Positions 28,071 to 40,529 of a stretch of DNA of 64,000 bases are shown here, one piece after another; within the stretch, counting starts at the first letter, position 1; the number at the start of each line of letters is the position of its first letter. The DNA is taken from assembly GCA_045605805.1 (NCBI GenBank), contig JAZUQR010000027.1, positions 1 to 64,000 on the forward strand, read 5' to 3'. Source of the DNA: Alphaproteobacteria bacterium. GTDB lineage: Bacteria; Pseudomonadota; Alphaproteobacteria; CAAHEQ01; UBA3637. Both the position numbers and the translations under genes were made by a program. The notes beneath the pieces are model-generated. The model ran no database searches. It had not been told where the DNA came from and saw only the letters and a program-made list of their open reading frames with translations.

Positions 28071-29390
28071 ATGGACGAACAACAAAACATTCAAGCAACG
28101 GAGTCGCAACCTTTCCCTCGTACTTCTTCGGGGGTAGTATCCGTTGACGGTCAAAAATATGCCGTCAGCTTGATGTGGCAACCCATTCAAAACATTGACG
28201 ATCCGCAACCGGAAATTCGTGAAACAATGGAAAGCGAACTGGATGCCAACCTATATTGTTTGCGTCAAACACCGGTGGCACAATATGGTATCGGGCGCAC
28301 CACATTAGGACACCGAGATGGTATGCCATCATTGGCGGCTGCCGTTGCTTCTGCTTTAAATGAATACGAATCTTTTTGTGCCGTTTTTCAAGTCCATGAA
28401 GGATGGTGGTTTGTTTCGGTTAGAAACAATTTAATTTTGGCCGAAGAAGATATCCTTTTTACCACCGAAGAAGAAGCCAAACGGGCCTATACATCCATGA
28501 TGGCGGTCCCTGGGTGGGATGCCTGTATTGTACCAGCCGAATGGGGCATAGAAAACACATTACAATATCATTTGGATGATTTGGTTCAAAAAGGGCGAAA
28601 AGTTCGCTTACAAGAAATCAATGCAGCCAAAAAAACCTATTTTTTACTTTTCATCGCCATCCTTATCATCATTGCAATAAGTGGTTTGATTTATATGTTC
28701 ATCAACCTGTGGCGTAGTGTGTTCCCCAACCAAACGATTCAACCCATTCAAAAACCACAGGTGATTCAACCGGTTGCACCGGCTCCGGAAAAACCAAAAC
28801 CGTGGGAAAAAATAACTGATGCACAAGCACTTGTTCAAGAATGTTGGAACAATATCTATCAAATCAAATCCATTTCCTTCCCAGGATGGAAACAAGACTT
28901 AATTTCCTGCACAAAAACAGGTATCACAACAACATGGACAAAAAATGCATCCGAAGGGTTGCTGTCATGGATAAAGTTTGGCATCAATGAATATCAATTT
29001 ACTGATTTAGTTGTAGATATAGCCCCAGGTGGCACAACAGCCACAGGAAATGTGATATTCCCGAATTTGAACGCAATCGCCTCACTGCCCACTTTAACAA
29101 CCTTGCAATTAAGAGAGGATTTAACTGAAATTCAACAATCCACCGGATTGCAAATTCAATTTTCTGAACAAACTTTGCTGGATCCCCCCAATCGTCCGGA
29201 TGGGTCTCGTCCACCAAACCAAAAGTCTTATTCTTACTTTTCATTCTCTACCACATCTGATTTCACACCATGGGAATGGTTAAAGTTTTTCAATAAATTT
29301 TCTGGATTAGAACTCATAAAAATAGAGTATAATCCATCAAACGACACAACAACAAAATGGAAATACGAGGGGAGGATTTATGCCAAATAA
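28071..29390 (+). CDS. pilO: Type IVb pilus protein, PilO2/BfpC family
   Basis: YAVSLMWQ, SLAAAVA, WWFVSVRNN.IL..D, single TM, PWE...C...GW...C. Confidence 0.8.
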   Translation: MDEQQNIQATESQPFPRTSSGVVSVDGQKYAVSLMWQPIQNIDDPQPEIRETMESELDANLYCLRQTPVAQYGIGRTTLGHRDGMPSLAAAVASALNEYESFCAVFQVHEGWWFVSVRNNLILAEEDILFTTEEEAKRAYTSMMAVPGWDACIVPAEWGIENTLQYHLDDLVQKGRKVRLQEINAAKKTYFLLFIAILIIIAISGLIYMFINLWRSVFPNQTIQPIQKPQVIQPVAPAPEKPKPWEKITDAQALVQECWNNIYQIKSISFPGWKQDLISCTKTGITTTWTKNASEGLLSWIKFGINEYQFTDLVVDIAPGGTTATGNVIFPNLNAIASLPTLTTLQLREDLTEIQQSTGLQIQFSEQTLLDPPNRPDGSRPPNQKSYSYFSFSTTSDFTPWEWLKFFNKFSGLELIKIEYNPSNDTTTKWKYEGRIYAK

Positions 29391-30276
29391 ACTTTTACAT
29401 CAACTCTTATGTGTTGGTTTTATCACACTGACAACATCAATGGCTTATGGGCAAGAAGCAGACGCATTCTTAATGCCCACCGAACCTGCTGCACAAACAG
29501 CACAAACCACAACACAAAAGCCAGCAACACCTGCTGCTGAGATAAGAAATCAAACACCCCCACAAGCAACAGCACCTGTGGTATCCAATAAAGAACCGAT
29601 TGATTTTCCAGCAAGAACTTCGTTGGACACATTGGAATTAGCCCCTCTCCCCGGTTTATTTGATACAAACATTTCGGGGCCTGTCCCAATGGCACCATCT
29701 GTGTCTGATAAAGATATGCCAAGTGAACGCCTGTTAGGCCGTTTAACACCGGAAGTTTTCCAAGAGATGGCTGAACTGGAACGAGATAATACTTTCTTAA
29801 AGCTGCAAATGCAAAAAGAAAGCATGAAGAATGATTTGGAAAAGCTGCGTGCAAACTATCGCCAAGCTCGTTTGGATGAAATAGCCAAACGGGAAGATTT
29901 GGTGCGTACTCGCATCCAATGGTGGCAAGAACAAGAAAAAATCCGTCAAGACTTGGAAAACCAACGGATGATGGTTGAAAACAGAAAGGCTACCCAACAA
30001 GAACAGACAGAAACTCAAAACGGTGAAGAAGATATTCCCCAAGAAATTGAAGAAGCCGTTCAAAAAAATGGCATTCAAAACAAATATACTATCGTTGGTA
30101 TTCGTGGCACACGCAACGCTTTGCAGGCACAAATTCGCAACACACAAACAGACAAAGTTATCACTCTGTCCGAAGGGGAAAGTCTTGCCGATAATACGGT
30201 TATTGAACAAATTACCCCATCAAAAGTGGTTTTAATCCATAAAGGCAGTGAAGTCACATTAAACTTTGATGAATAA
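29380..30276 (+). CDS. Type IVb pilus protein, PilP-like
   Basis: Signal peptide, coiled coil, C-terminal IVGIRG..LQAQI..L.EG..L..VIEQITPSKV; lies between pilO and the ATPase. Confidence 0.7.
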   Translation: MPNKLLHQLLCVGFITLTTSMAYGQEADAFLMPTEPAAQTAQTTTQKPATPAAEIRNQTPPQATAPVVSNKEPIDFPARTSLDTLELAPLPGLFDTNISGPVPMAPSVSDKDMPSERLLGRLTPEVFQEMAELERDNTFLKLQMQKESMKNDLEKLRANYRQARLDEIAKREDLVRTRIQWWQEQEKIRQDLENQRMMVENRKATQQEQTETQNGEEDIPQEIEEAVQKNGIQNKYTIVGIRGTRNALQAQIRNTQTDKVITLSEGESLADNTVIEQITPSKVVLIHKGSEVTLNFDE

Positions 30277-30293
30277 CAAGAAAAAAGGGAAAA

Positions 30294-32171
30294 ATGGATA
30301 TTCAACAAAAAACGGATATTTTTTCTGAACAACCTACCCCCCAATCATCAACAACACCCGAAAGCGGTATGATTGGGGACAATGTTGAATCCACCCAAGA
30401 AAACATCACAAATAATCAACCCCCATCTCAACAGGCACCTCTGTCTGAAATGTTGACAAGTTTGCAAGATTATCCCACAGGGCAAACACAACCTTCTGAA
30501 AATCAAACCTCAGGAAATCCAGAGTCTGAACCGATTGAGGTGGAAGAACCCAATCCAAACAATCAAATTTCGGCCGAAGCACCGGATTATTCATCCACCG
30601 CCTTCTTAAAAGAATTATACTCCAACGGGAACGAATGCATCACATTGGCCTCGGGAGCTTTTCCAGTCAGCGAAGAAACACGCAACCTGCTTGCTTTATT
30701 TTCTAACGGACGCTTTTTTGTTGCCGAACAGTACAAATACGATGGTCGGGTGTTGGGATTTGAATATCTTGCCAAAAAAAGACGGCTTCAAATTGGAAAA
30801 GCCGAATATATTACACAAACAGTTTTAAAAGATATATATGAATACGCTGTCCAAATGCGGGTTGCACCGCAAATTATTACGGACGAAGAAAATAAAGAAC
30901 ATACCCGTATGCAACGTGACTTTGTCACGGTAATTTCTCGGGCGGCTATGAATCAGGTATCAGATATTCACATCATCGTGGCCGATCATACCACAGTAAT
31001 GTTTCGTGTCAATGGTTTAATGCAAACAGAAATGGAATACAATAAAGAATGGGGCGAAAGTTTTGTGCGTGCTGCCTTTGCCTCATCCGATATTTCTGAT
31101 GCAAACTATGCTCAAAACGAATATCAAGCCGCCCAAAAGTTGGGGCGCACGCCACTGCGTGGATCAGGCGGGCGTTTAATTTTGCCCAAAAATATCTTAG
31201 GTATCCGCTTGCAATTTAACCCAATTGCCTTTGGAACAAGATATGTGGTGATGCGTTTGCTGTACGCTGACGAATCCACAGCCTCTCCTGAAACAGCCTT
31301 ATTGGACTTGGGATTTTCCAAACAAGATACAGATATATTTTATCAACTGCGGGCCCAACCCACCGGCATAGTGATTGTATCGGGCCCAACGGGTTCTGGG
31401 AAATCCACCACATTACAACGCAATATGATTGCCATGTTGCAAGAAAGAAATTATGAAACAAACTTGATTACAGTGGAAGATCCCCCTGAATATCCCATCC
31501 CTGGGGCGTGTCAAATGCCTGTGACAAATGCCGGCATTGAAGAAGCCAAAGACCGAGAGTTCACAAAAGCCCTGTCTGCGGCACTGCGTTCTGACCCCGA
31601 TTCGTTGATGATTGGGGAAGTGCGTACCTTATCAGCAGCCGATTTGGCGTTTCGTGGGGCCTTGTCTGGACACAATGTGTGGACAACCTTGCACGCCAAT
31701 ACCGCAATGGCCATCTTATTACGGTTAAAAGATATGGGTGTGGAAGATTTTAAGTTGCAAGACCCAACCATTATGAGGGGTATGTTGGCCCAGCGTCTGT
31801 TCCGAAAACTGTGTCCAAACTGTCGTGTACCGGTAAAAAAACATCTGGATCATCCGGCTGTTCAACGCTTACGCAACGCCTTTGGGGATATCGCACTGGA
31901 ACACACATACTTGCGTGGACAAGGGTGCGCATCGTGTAATTTTCGGGGCGTTATTGGCCGAACCGTTGTGGCCGAGTTTATCTTGCCGGATTCCACCTTC
32001 TTAAACCTTACCTTAAAAGGCGAGATTCAAAAAGCCCAAAACTATTGGATAAATGATTTAAACGGAAAAACCTTACGAGAAAATGCCCTGTCCCGTATGT
32101 TTCAAGGTTTAATTGATATTGAAGAAGTGGAAAGATGGACAGGATTTTTGGACCAACTCAATCTGACATAA
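30294..32171 (+). CDS. pilQ: Type IVb pilus assembly ATPase (PilQ/BfpD, GspE family)
   Basis: SDIHI, Walker A GPTGSGKST, TVEDPPE, LRSDPD..IGEVR, GH..TTLHAN, CPNC/CASC zinc motif. Confidence 0.9.
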   Translation: MDIQQKTDIFSEQPTPQSSTTPESGMIGDNVESTQENITNNQPPSQQAPLSEMLTSLQDYPTGQTQPSENQTSGNPESEPIEVEEPNPNNQISAEAPDYSSTAFLKELYSNGNECITLASGAFPVSEETRNLLALFSNGRFFVAEQYKYDGRVLGFEYLAKKRRLQIGKAEYITQTVLKDIYEYAVQMRVAPQIITDEENKEHTRMQRDFVTVISRAAMNQVSDIHIIVADHTTVMFRVNGLMQTEMEYNKEWGESFVRAAFASSDISDANYAQNEYQAAQKLGRTPLRGSGGRLILPKNILGIRLQFNPIAFGTRYVVMRLLYADESTASPETALLDLGFSKQDTDIFYQLRAQPTGIVIVSGPTGSGKSTTLQRNMIAMLQERNYETNLITVEDPPEYPIPGACQMPVTNAGIEEAKDREFTKALSAALRSDPDSLMIGEVRTLSAADLAFRGALSGHNVWTTLHANTAMAILLRLKDMGVEDFKLQDPTIMRGMLAQRLFRKLCPNCRVPVKKHLDHPAVQRLRNAFGDIALEHTYLRGQGCASCNFRGVIGRTVVAEFILPDSTFLNLTLKGEIQKAQNYWINDLNGKTLRENALSRMFQGLIDIEEVERWTGFLDQLNLT

Positions 32172-32184
32172 AAGGAGAAAACAA

Positions 32185-33309
32185 ATGGTTGTACATGTAA
32201 AAGACTCCATGGATAAATCGCTGTCTACCAATGTACTGAACTTATGGTATGCCCGCTATTCTGTACGCATGCATTCCGAAGACCGTTTGGAAGTTTATCG
32301 CAAGTTGATGGCGTTGTTAAAAAACCGCTTTTCTTTAATGGATGCACTGGAACGAATATACTCTATTGCCTCCAAAGATGGCAAAAATCCCGATGACAGT
32401 ATGGCCATTGCAACGGCACACTGGATGCAACGGGTGCGCAACGGTAGCACCTTTTCAGAATCCTTAAAAGGATGGGTTCCCTCTACTGAAATCCTTACCC
32501 TTTCTGTGGGCGATGTAGCCGCATTAGACTTGGCCTTACAACACACAATTCGGGTGGTAGAAGGCATGAACAAAATGCGTTCATTGGTGTGGGGTGCAGT
32601 GGCCTATCCATTATTTTTGATGATGATGGTTGTCATAATGATTTGGGCCGTTGCTAAATATATGGTTCCGCCCATGATAGATGCAGTACCAAACCTACAA
32701 TGGCGAGGCATTGCCAAATCATTGGTAGATTTATCTAACTTTGTGGATAATCATCCGATTTTGCTGTTTTCTGTTTTACCAATTATCGTTGTGATATGCC
32801 TCATTTCATTCCCCTATTGGTCTGGAAAATCACGGGCAAAAGTGGATAACATCCCACCATGGTCCATCTATCGGATTTTTATCGGGGTCAGTTGGCTGCT
32901 CGCCTTATCAGCTCTGGTTCGTGCAGGGATGCCTGTGTCAAAGGCTATGCGATCATTGGGAGGCAATGATGCCACACCCTACTTGCGTTTTCGTGTGGAA
33001 CGAGCCTTGATGTATGTCAACAACGGTGATAACTTGGGTGAAGCACTGTACCACGCACAATTAAAGTTCCCTGATGATGAAATTATCGGTGACTTGCGTA
33101 TTTATTCGGAATTGGATACCTTCCCCGAAGCCTTGGAAAATCTGGCCAATAACTGGTTGGAAAGCTCAATCCGACAAATTGATAAAACAACAGCCATCTT
33201 AAACGGTGTGGCTATTTTATCCATCTCAGCCGTCATTGGATGGGTTGTATGGGGTACCTTCGCCATGCAAGAACAAATGGTGTCTGGCATGGGGTTGGGA
33301 GGTGGCTAA
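32185..33309 (+). CDS. pilR: Type IVb pilus inner-membrane platform protein (PilR/BfpE, GspF family)
   Basis: G.TFSESL.GW.P..E, AVAYP, PPWSIYR, three TM segments. Confidence 0.88.
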   Translation: MVVHVKDSMDKSLSTNVLNLWYARYSVRMHSEDRLEVYRKLMALLKNRFSLMDALERIYSIASKDGKNPDDSMAIATAHWMQRVRNGSTFSESLKGWVPSTEILTLSVGDVAALDLALQHTIRVVEGMNKMRSLVWGAVAYPLFLMMMVVIMIWAVAKYMVPPMIDAVPNLQWRGIAKSLVDLSNFVDNHPILLFSVLPIIVVICLISFPYWSGKSRAKVDNIPPWSIYRIFIGVSWLLALSALVRAGMPVSKAMRSLGGNDATPYLRFRVERALMYVNNGDNLGEALYHAQLKFPDDEIIGDLRIYSELDTFPEALENLANNWLESSIRQIDKTTAILNGVAILSISAVIGWVVWGTFAMQEQMVSGMGLGGG

Positions 33310-33337
33310 AACAAAACCACATCAAACTGATAAAAAG

Positions 33338-33368
33338 AAAACCCCCGAACAACCGTTCAGGGGTTTTT
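33338..33368. terminator. Bidirectional terminator between pilR and eno
   Basis: AAAACCCCCGAAC-AACC-GTTCAGGGGTTTTT. Confidence 0.75.
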
Positions 33369-33383
33369 AAGGTGAAATCTCAC

Positions 33384-35240
<1,857 letters not shown>

Positions 35241-35241
<1 letters not shown>

Positions 35242-36107
35242 TATTTACACTCCTTTTTCAATTCCTGGGTCAATTCATTTATTGGCAAACTTTTAGTCAA
35301 AGTATCTAATGCCTGTAAATTTTTCAGCATTGTTTCCATCTGATCCAAAGGAATCATATTCGGGCCGTCACTTGGGGCAGAATTGGGGTGTTCATGTGTT
35401 TCCAAAAAGATGCCTGCAATACCGGCGGTAATTGCCGCATTTGCCAATGTTGGGGCAAATTCGCGTTGCCCACCGCTAGATCCCCCTAAACCACCTGGTT
35501 GTTGCACCGAATGAGTGGCATCAAAAATAACAGGATAACCGGTTTCCTTCATTTGAGGCAAGCCACGCATATCCACCACTAAGGTATTATACCCAAAACT
35601 TGTTCCCCGTTCTGTCAATAAGATATTTTCGTTCCCAGTGCTGGCAATTTTATTGGCCACATTCTTCATATCCCACGGTGCCAAGAATTGCCCCTTTTTG
35701 ACATTGATTGTCTTACCCGTTCTGCCGGCCGCTAATAACAAATCCGTTTGACGACACAAAAAAGCAGGAATCTGTAAAATATCCACAACTTCGGCCGCAA
35801 CAGCACATTGATACGGTTCGTGAATATCCGTCAAACACAAAACATTTAATTTAGATTTGATATCAGAAAAAGCCTGCATACCAGCTTCCAATCCCATGCC
35901 ACGCACACCGTTCACACTGGTTCTGTTAGCTTTGTCAAACGAGGCCTTAAAAACAAAAGGAATACCCAACTTTGTGGTAATTTCTTTCAAAGCAGAGGCC
36001 ATCTCCATCCCATGCGAGGCACTTTCCATCTGGCACGGACCGGCAATCAAAACAAATGGGCTGTCATTATTAAAAACAACACTTCCAATTTGAACGGTTT
36101 TATTCAT
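35241..36107 (-). CDS. kdsA: KDO 8-phosphate synthase
   Basis: IAGPC, KASFDKANRTS, QIPAFLCRQTDLL, KKGQF, DATHSVQ.PG, SDGP. Confidence 0.98.
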
Positions 36108-36108
36108 C

Positions 36109-36384
36109 CTATTCTCCTTGTTCTGTGGTTGGCAACAAAGAGGCTTGCGCAGGCTGATTATCCTTTTTAGCCATAACCATCAAAGCCAAAGTCACCACAC
36201 AAAAAGCCACAAAGAAATATTTGGTCAATCTGGATAAGGCATCACCGGCTTGACGAGCGGTTAAAAAGCTGTTGGCACTTTGTCCGCTTAAACCACCCAT
36301 ACCGCCTTCACTGCGTTGTAAAAGAACCAAAATGGTCAATCCCAGTGCTAACAAAATCTGAATCATTAAAACAAACAAATACAT
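36109..36384 (-). CDS. secG: Preprotein translocase subunit SecG
   Basis: VLLQRSEGGMGG..ARQAGDALSRLT, two TM segments, downstream of tpiA. Confidence 0.92.
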   Translation of the reverse strand: MYLFVLMIQILLALGLTILVLLQRSEGGMGGLSGQSANSFLTARQAGDALSRLTKYFFVAFCVVTLALMVMAKKDNQPAQASLLPTTEQGE

Positions 36385-36401
36385 TGGGGATACCCTTTCA
36401 A

Positions 36402-37160
36402 TTATAATTGTGTTTCGGCAATCGCCCAAAAGCTGTCTACTTTCAAAGCAGCCCCACCAATTAAAGCCCCATCTACATTTTCAACAGACAGCAACTCTTT
36501 GGCATTTTCTGGTTTCACAGAGCCACCATATAAAATGCGCAGTCCATCGGCCACTTCTTGCCCAAGATTTTTGGCCACTTCGGCACGAATAGCCGCATGC
36601 ATTTCGGCCACATCTTCCACCGTTGGCACCTTACCCGTACCAATAGCCCAAACAGGTTCATAAGCCAACACACAGTTTTCGGCCGTAGCGATAGCCGGCG
36701 TTGATTCACGCACTTGACGTGTCACCACATCCAAGGCTTGACCCGATTCTCTTTCTTCCAAAGTTTCCCCAACACAAATCACAACAGTTAAATTGTTATT
36801 GATGGCATTTTCGGCCTTTTGACGCACAACAGCATCAGTTTCGTGATGATAAGTTCTGCGTTCGGAATGTCCAACCAAAGTCCAAGTCGCCCCCAAATCG
36901 GCCACCATGGCGGCAGATACATCGCCGGTGAACGCACCATTTGGTTTGGCTGTTTCGGCCACATCTTGCGCCCCAACAAAAACAGTTTTATGGGTTTCAT
37001 CGGCCACATACCCTAACACATTCATGGGTGGACACACCAACACATCAAACGGACGATTTTCAACACCGTCAAATTTTTCAAACACCGCCTTTGCCAAAGC
37101 AACAGCATCGGCTTTTAAGCCATTCATTTTCCAGTTTCCGGCAATCAATTTTTTACGCAT
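36402..37160 (-). CDS. tpiA: Triosephosphate isomerase
   Basis: AGNWKMN, GHSERR, AYEPVWAIGTG, YGGSVKP. Confidence 0.99.
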   Translation of the reverse strand: MRKKLIAGNWKMNGLKADAVALAKAVFEKFDGVENRPFDVLVCPPMNVLGYVADETHKTVFVGAQDVAETAKPNGAFTGDVSAAMVADLGATWTLVGHSERRTYHHETDAVVRQKAENAINNNLTVVICVGETLEERESGQALDVVTRQVRESTPAIATAENCVLAYEPVWAIGTGKVPTVEDVAEMHAAIRAEVAKNLGQEVADGLRILYGGSVKPENAKELLSVENVDGALIGGAALKVDSFWAIAETQL

Positions 37161-37224
37161 ACAAACTCCTTTGTTAAATATACTTGTTTTTTACCATATT
37201 TTTCATATTTTTGCAAGAAGAAAA

Positions 37225-37473
37225 TCATTTTTTTACAGAACAATCACCGATTTCATAAAAATCAACCGCTTCATTGTCTAAATCAAAAAAAACGGTTTCA
37301 GTACATCCCCCATCACGATAGACCCACATCTCATGTCCCTTTTCACGCATAAAGGAATCAGGCTCCCCTTTTTTTTGACGCACAAAATCCATATTTTCGC
37401 CTTTAATATCCCGAAAATGAGGATGGACACATCCTGCCAACAGCAAACACATTAAAAAATATATTTTCTTCAT
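37225..37473 (-). CDS. Small lipoprotein
   Basis: MKKIYFLMCLLLAGC lipobox; GEPD...WVY pattern; AAGGAGG SD. Confidence 0.75.
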   Translation of the reverse strand: MKKIYFLMCLLLAGCVHPHFRDIKGENMDFVRQKKGEPDSFMREKGHEMWVYRDGGCTETVFFDLDNEAVDFYEIGDCSVKK

Positions 37474-39377
37474 AAATCCTCCTTTTGATAAAAAATCTCT
37501 TGCATCCAAGGGCGTTTTTGCTCATTAGCCCCAACCTCTTGAATCAAAATATCCGGAGACAAATAAACATCATAAACTTTTTGCGATTGAGGAATAAATT
37601 GAACCGCATTGACACATAACTTTGATTTTTTCCAAAGAATCGCTAAATCAGCCTTTTGACATAAATCGGGATGAAAGGCAACCATCTTTTGCCCAATCTG
37701 CACAAAATCATCTGAAACAATCCGAGCCTTATCCTGACCATTTTTTCTTAAACGAATTTTGGCCATCCAGTTTTGATTATTCCCTAGAATCTGAAACGAA
37801 CCGTCCTCTTGACGCACAAGAACAGTCCTTCCTTTATCCATAACAACCAAATCTGGCACACGAACAAGACTATAACCAATAATAAAACCGGCCAAAATAA
37901 CAGCACATCCCCAAAATCGCCGTTTGCTTTTAACAAGACAAAGCCAAACAATGCCAAAGGCAACAAAGCCCAAACCCCACATTGAAAAAGAAAGGACAAA
38001 CACCTCGGCATAGGGCAACCGACTTATCCATTCGGCCACAGCCGTAATTTTATCTAACAAAAAGCCAACAATTTTCAAAAGAAAACCTTCCCAACCCAAA
38101 GGCATCAACAAAGTAGAGACAAACAATAACGGCATCACACAAAATGAAAACACCACAGAAGTCACTAAATTACCCATTACAGCATAAGGATTAAATTGAT
38201 TAAAATGGTAAATCACAAAAGGAGCCAACGCAACCGAAACAATCACATTTGCCAAAAGAGCCGTCAATAAAATAACCCCAAAAGAACGAGAAGAAAAAGA
38301 AGCCGATAAATCCTCATATAAGCCAACCAAAATCAACACAGAGATAAACGAAAATTGAAAGCTGATGGAAGTAATCCATTCCGGCCGAATACACAACAAA
38401 ACCACCGCTACCAAAAGCACACTGTACAACGAAACCGTCTTGCGTTCGGTTAAAACGCCCAAAAACACCAACGCAATCATCAAAAAAGAACGAATGGCAG
38501 GCACTTGAAAGCCGGAAATCATCAAATAAAAACCAGTCACTATCAAAGATAAAACAGCAGCCACTTTCTTGGCCGAAAAACGCAAACTGACCACAGGCAT
38601 CAAGGCCAATAATGATTGAACCAAAAAGAAAACAAATGTTGCCAACAACGCCATATGAAATCCAGATACCGAAAGCACATGAGCAATGCCCGCCCGCCGA
38701 TAAATATCGTAAATCTGTGGCGATACAATCTGTTGTTCACCAACAACCAACGGAATGGCAATTTCGGCTTGCTTATCGGATAAAGACGCCCGCAGTTTTG
38801 CCATAATATCCAACCGCAACGCATCCATTTTTGCAACAGAAGCCTGTTGATGGGAAATCACTTTTTTGATTTTACCGCCCGCCCCTATACCTTGATAAAA
38901 AAAACGCCGTGCTTGATGTGCTTGCACAGCAAACAAATGACCTTCAAAACAAACTTTATCCCCTTTATGGAACACAGGTTCTTGCTCATCAAAAGAAACC
39001 CTGGCCTGCCTTGGCACAAAGCCTTTTTGCTTTAAGGAAATGTTTTCTAAAAACAAGGTCTGTCCGCTGTATTTAGAATACGAATCCACCACATCGGCAC
39101 ATATTTCTTGATGCCACAAAGACCGCCATAAAAAAGGTGTATCCACAAATGATGTTCTGAATGAAGCAACAAAAAGGCCTAACAAAACAAAAAAGCTATA
39201 TCTAATCCACACAAAACGAATAAAAAAAGTAAGCCCCAAACAAAACAAAGATAAACTTAAAATAATCGGCCAATATGGCTCAAAAGAAAGGCCAAAATAC
39301 AAAGCGATTCCAAAAACAAATGAAACAAAATACCATAAGATAAAAAATCGATATTCTGACCACAATTTGAATTTCAT
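37470..39377 (-). CDS. comEC: ComEC/Rec2 competence membrane protein
   Basis: AGIAHVLSVSGFHM, PAIRSFLM, SFQFSF, multiple TM segments. Confidence 0.92.
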   Translation of the reverse strand: MKFKLWSEYRFFILWYFVSFVFGIALYFGLSFEPYWPIILSLSLFCLGLTFFIRFVWIRYSFFVLLGLFVASFRTSFVDTPFLWRSLWHQEICADVVDSYSKYSGQTLFLENISLKQKGFVPRQARVSFDEQEPVFHKGDKVCFEGHLFAVQAHQARRFFYQGIGAGGKIKKVISHQQASVAKMDALRLDIMAKLRASLSDKQAEIAIPLVVGEQQIVSPQIYDIYRRAGIAHVLSVSGFHMALLATFVFFLVQSLLALMPVVSLRFSAKKVAAVLSLIVTGFYLMISGFQVPAIRSFLMIALVFLGVLTERKTVSLYSVLLVAVVLLCIRPEWITSISFQFSFISVLILVGLYEDLSASFSSRSFGVILLTALLANVIVSVALAPFVIYHFNQFNPYAVMGNLVTSVVFSFCVMPLLFVSTLLMPLGWEGFLLKIVGFLLDKITAVAEWISRLPYAEVFVLSFSMWGLGFVAFGIVWLCLVKSKRRFWGCAVILAGFIIGYSLVRVPDLVVMDKGRTVLVRQEDGSFQILGNNQNWMAKIRLRKNGQDKARIVSDDFVQIGQKMVAFHPDLCQKADLAILWKKSKLCVNAVQFIPQSQKVYDVYLSPDILIQEVGANEQKRPWMQEIFYQKEDL

Positions 39378-39429
39378 TTGCCTTTTTCCTTCACACTTGA
39401 TATGATACAAATAAAGGAAGAAATTGTCA

Positions 39430-39903
39430 ATGCAAAAACCATTAAATCCAAAAAGATTGGAAAATATCACACTTTATTATCTGGAACGCTTTGATGCGTG
39501 CAGTGGAAAGGTACGCCAAATGCTGAACAAGCGGGTTCAAAAGCAAAAAATGCTGGGCGTGGAAGTGGATAAAAATATCCACAATTGGATTGAACAAACC
39601 ATCCATAAAATGCAACAACTTGGCTATCTGAATGATGAACGCTATACACAAAACAGCATCCACCGCCTGTCCGAACAAGGCAAATCAGGCCGCTATATTC
39701 GGCAAAAATTGGCCACAGAAGGCATCAGTCAAACACTGATATCAACCTATCTGTCCCCCGATGACGAATTAGACAGAGCCATCAAAATGGTTCACAAAAA
39801 GCATTTACAACACACGGAAAAAGATTTGGCAAAATTGGCCCGAGCCGGTTTCACATACGAAACGGCCAAAAAGGCCCTAACACAAGGAGAAGAAAATGTT
39901 TGA
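39430..39903 (+). CDS. recX: Regulatory protein RecX
   Basis: LYYLERF, GYLNDERY, GKS..IRQKL..GI, LARAGF. Confidence 0.9.
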   Translation: MQKPLNPKRLENITLYYLERFDACSGKVRQMLNKRVQKQKMLGVEVDKNIHNWIEQTIHKMQQLGYLNDERYTQNSIHRLSEQGKSGRYIRQKLATEGISQTLISTYLSPDDELDRAIKMVHKKHLQHTEKDLAKLARAGFTYETAKKALTQGEENV

Positions 39904-40474
39904 AGAATTGGAAGAAATCCGCACACAATGTACCACCTGTCAAAAATGCGCCTTAGGCAAAACGCGCACAAAGTCGGTTTTTTCGGCAGGCGTTCCTAAC
40001 AATAAAATCGTTTTAATTGGCGAAGCCCCTGGTTTTAACGAAGACCAAACAGGCGAACCCTTTGTCGGCCGAGCGGGTCAGCTTTTAGATAAGATATTGG
40101 AATCCGTTGGTTTTTCTCGCAAAGAAAACATCTATATCTGCAACACAATCAAATGTCGCCCGCCTGAAAATCGGGATCCTCTGCCCGAAGAAAAAAAAGC
40201 CTGCCGAGCCTATCTGGACAAGCAACTGGAAATCTTACAACCCAAAATCATTTTGCTGTGTGGTAAAGTTGCTCTCACCTCTTTTTTAGAAACAAAAGAA
40301 GGCATTACAAAGTTGCGTGGGCGTTGGTTTGATGGGCCAAACGGGGCAAAAATGATGCCCATCTTCCATCCGTCATATCTGTTAAGGAATCAATCTCATG
40401 CCGTAGGCTCCCCCAAGTGGATGATGTGGCAGGATATGAAAAAAATCAAACAAGCCTATGATGAACTAACTTAA
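39896..40474 (+). CDS. Family-4 uracil-DNA glycosylase (Fe-S)
   Basis: C..C.L, GEAPG..ED..G.PFVG.AG, KCRPP.NR.P, HPSYLLR. Confidence 0.93.
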   Translation: MFEELEEIRTQCTTCQKCALGKTRTKSVFSAGVPNNKIVLIGEAPGFNEDQTGEPFVGRAGQLLDKILESVGFSRKENIYICNTIKCRPPENRDPLPEEKKACRAYLDKQLEILQPKIILLCGKVALTSFLETKEGITKLRGRWFDGPNGAKMMPIFHPSYLLRNQSHAVGSPKWMMWQDMKKIKQAYDELT

Positions 40475-40480
40475 AAAAAA

Positions 40481-40502
40481 TCCCCCGATTGGGTGTCGGG
40501 GA
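40481..40502. terminator. Terminator hairpin
   Basis: TCCCCCGAT-N5-GTCGGGGA flanked by A-runs. Confidence 0.55.
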
Positions 40503-40529
40503 AAAGAAAGTTGATAGGAAACAGCAATT

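Noticed and set aside
26427-33309. Operon as an ordinary T2SS or Tad system
   Set aside because: TcpQ domain, lipoprotein secretin, PilO2 and a single GspF-type platform fit type IVb. No pseudopilins, TadB/TadC pair or Flp pilin were seen.
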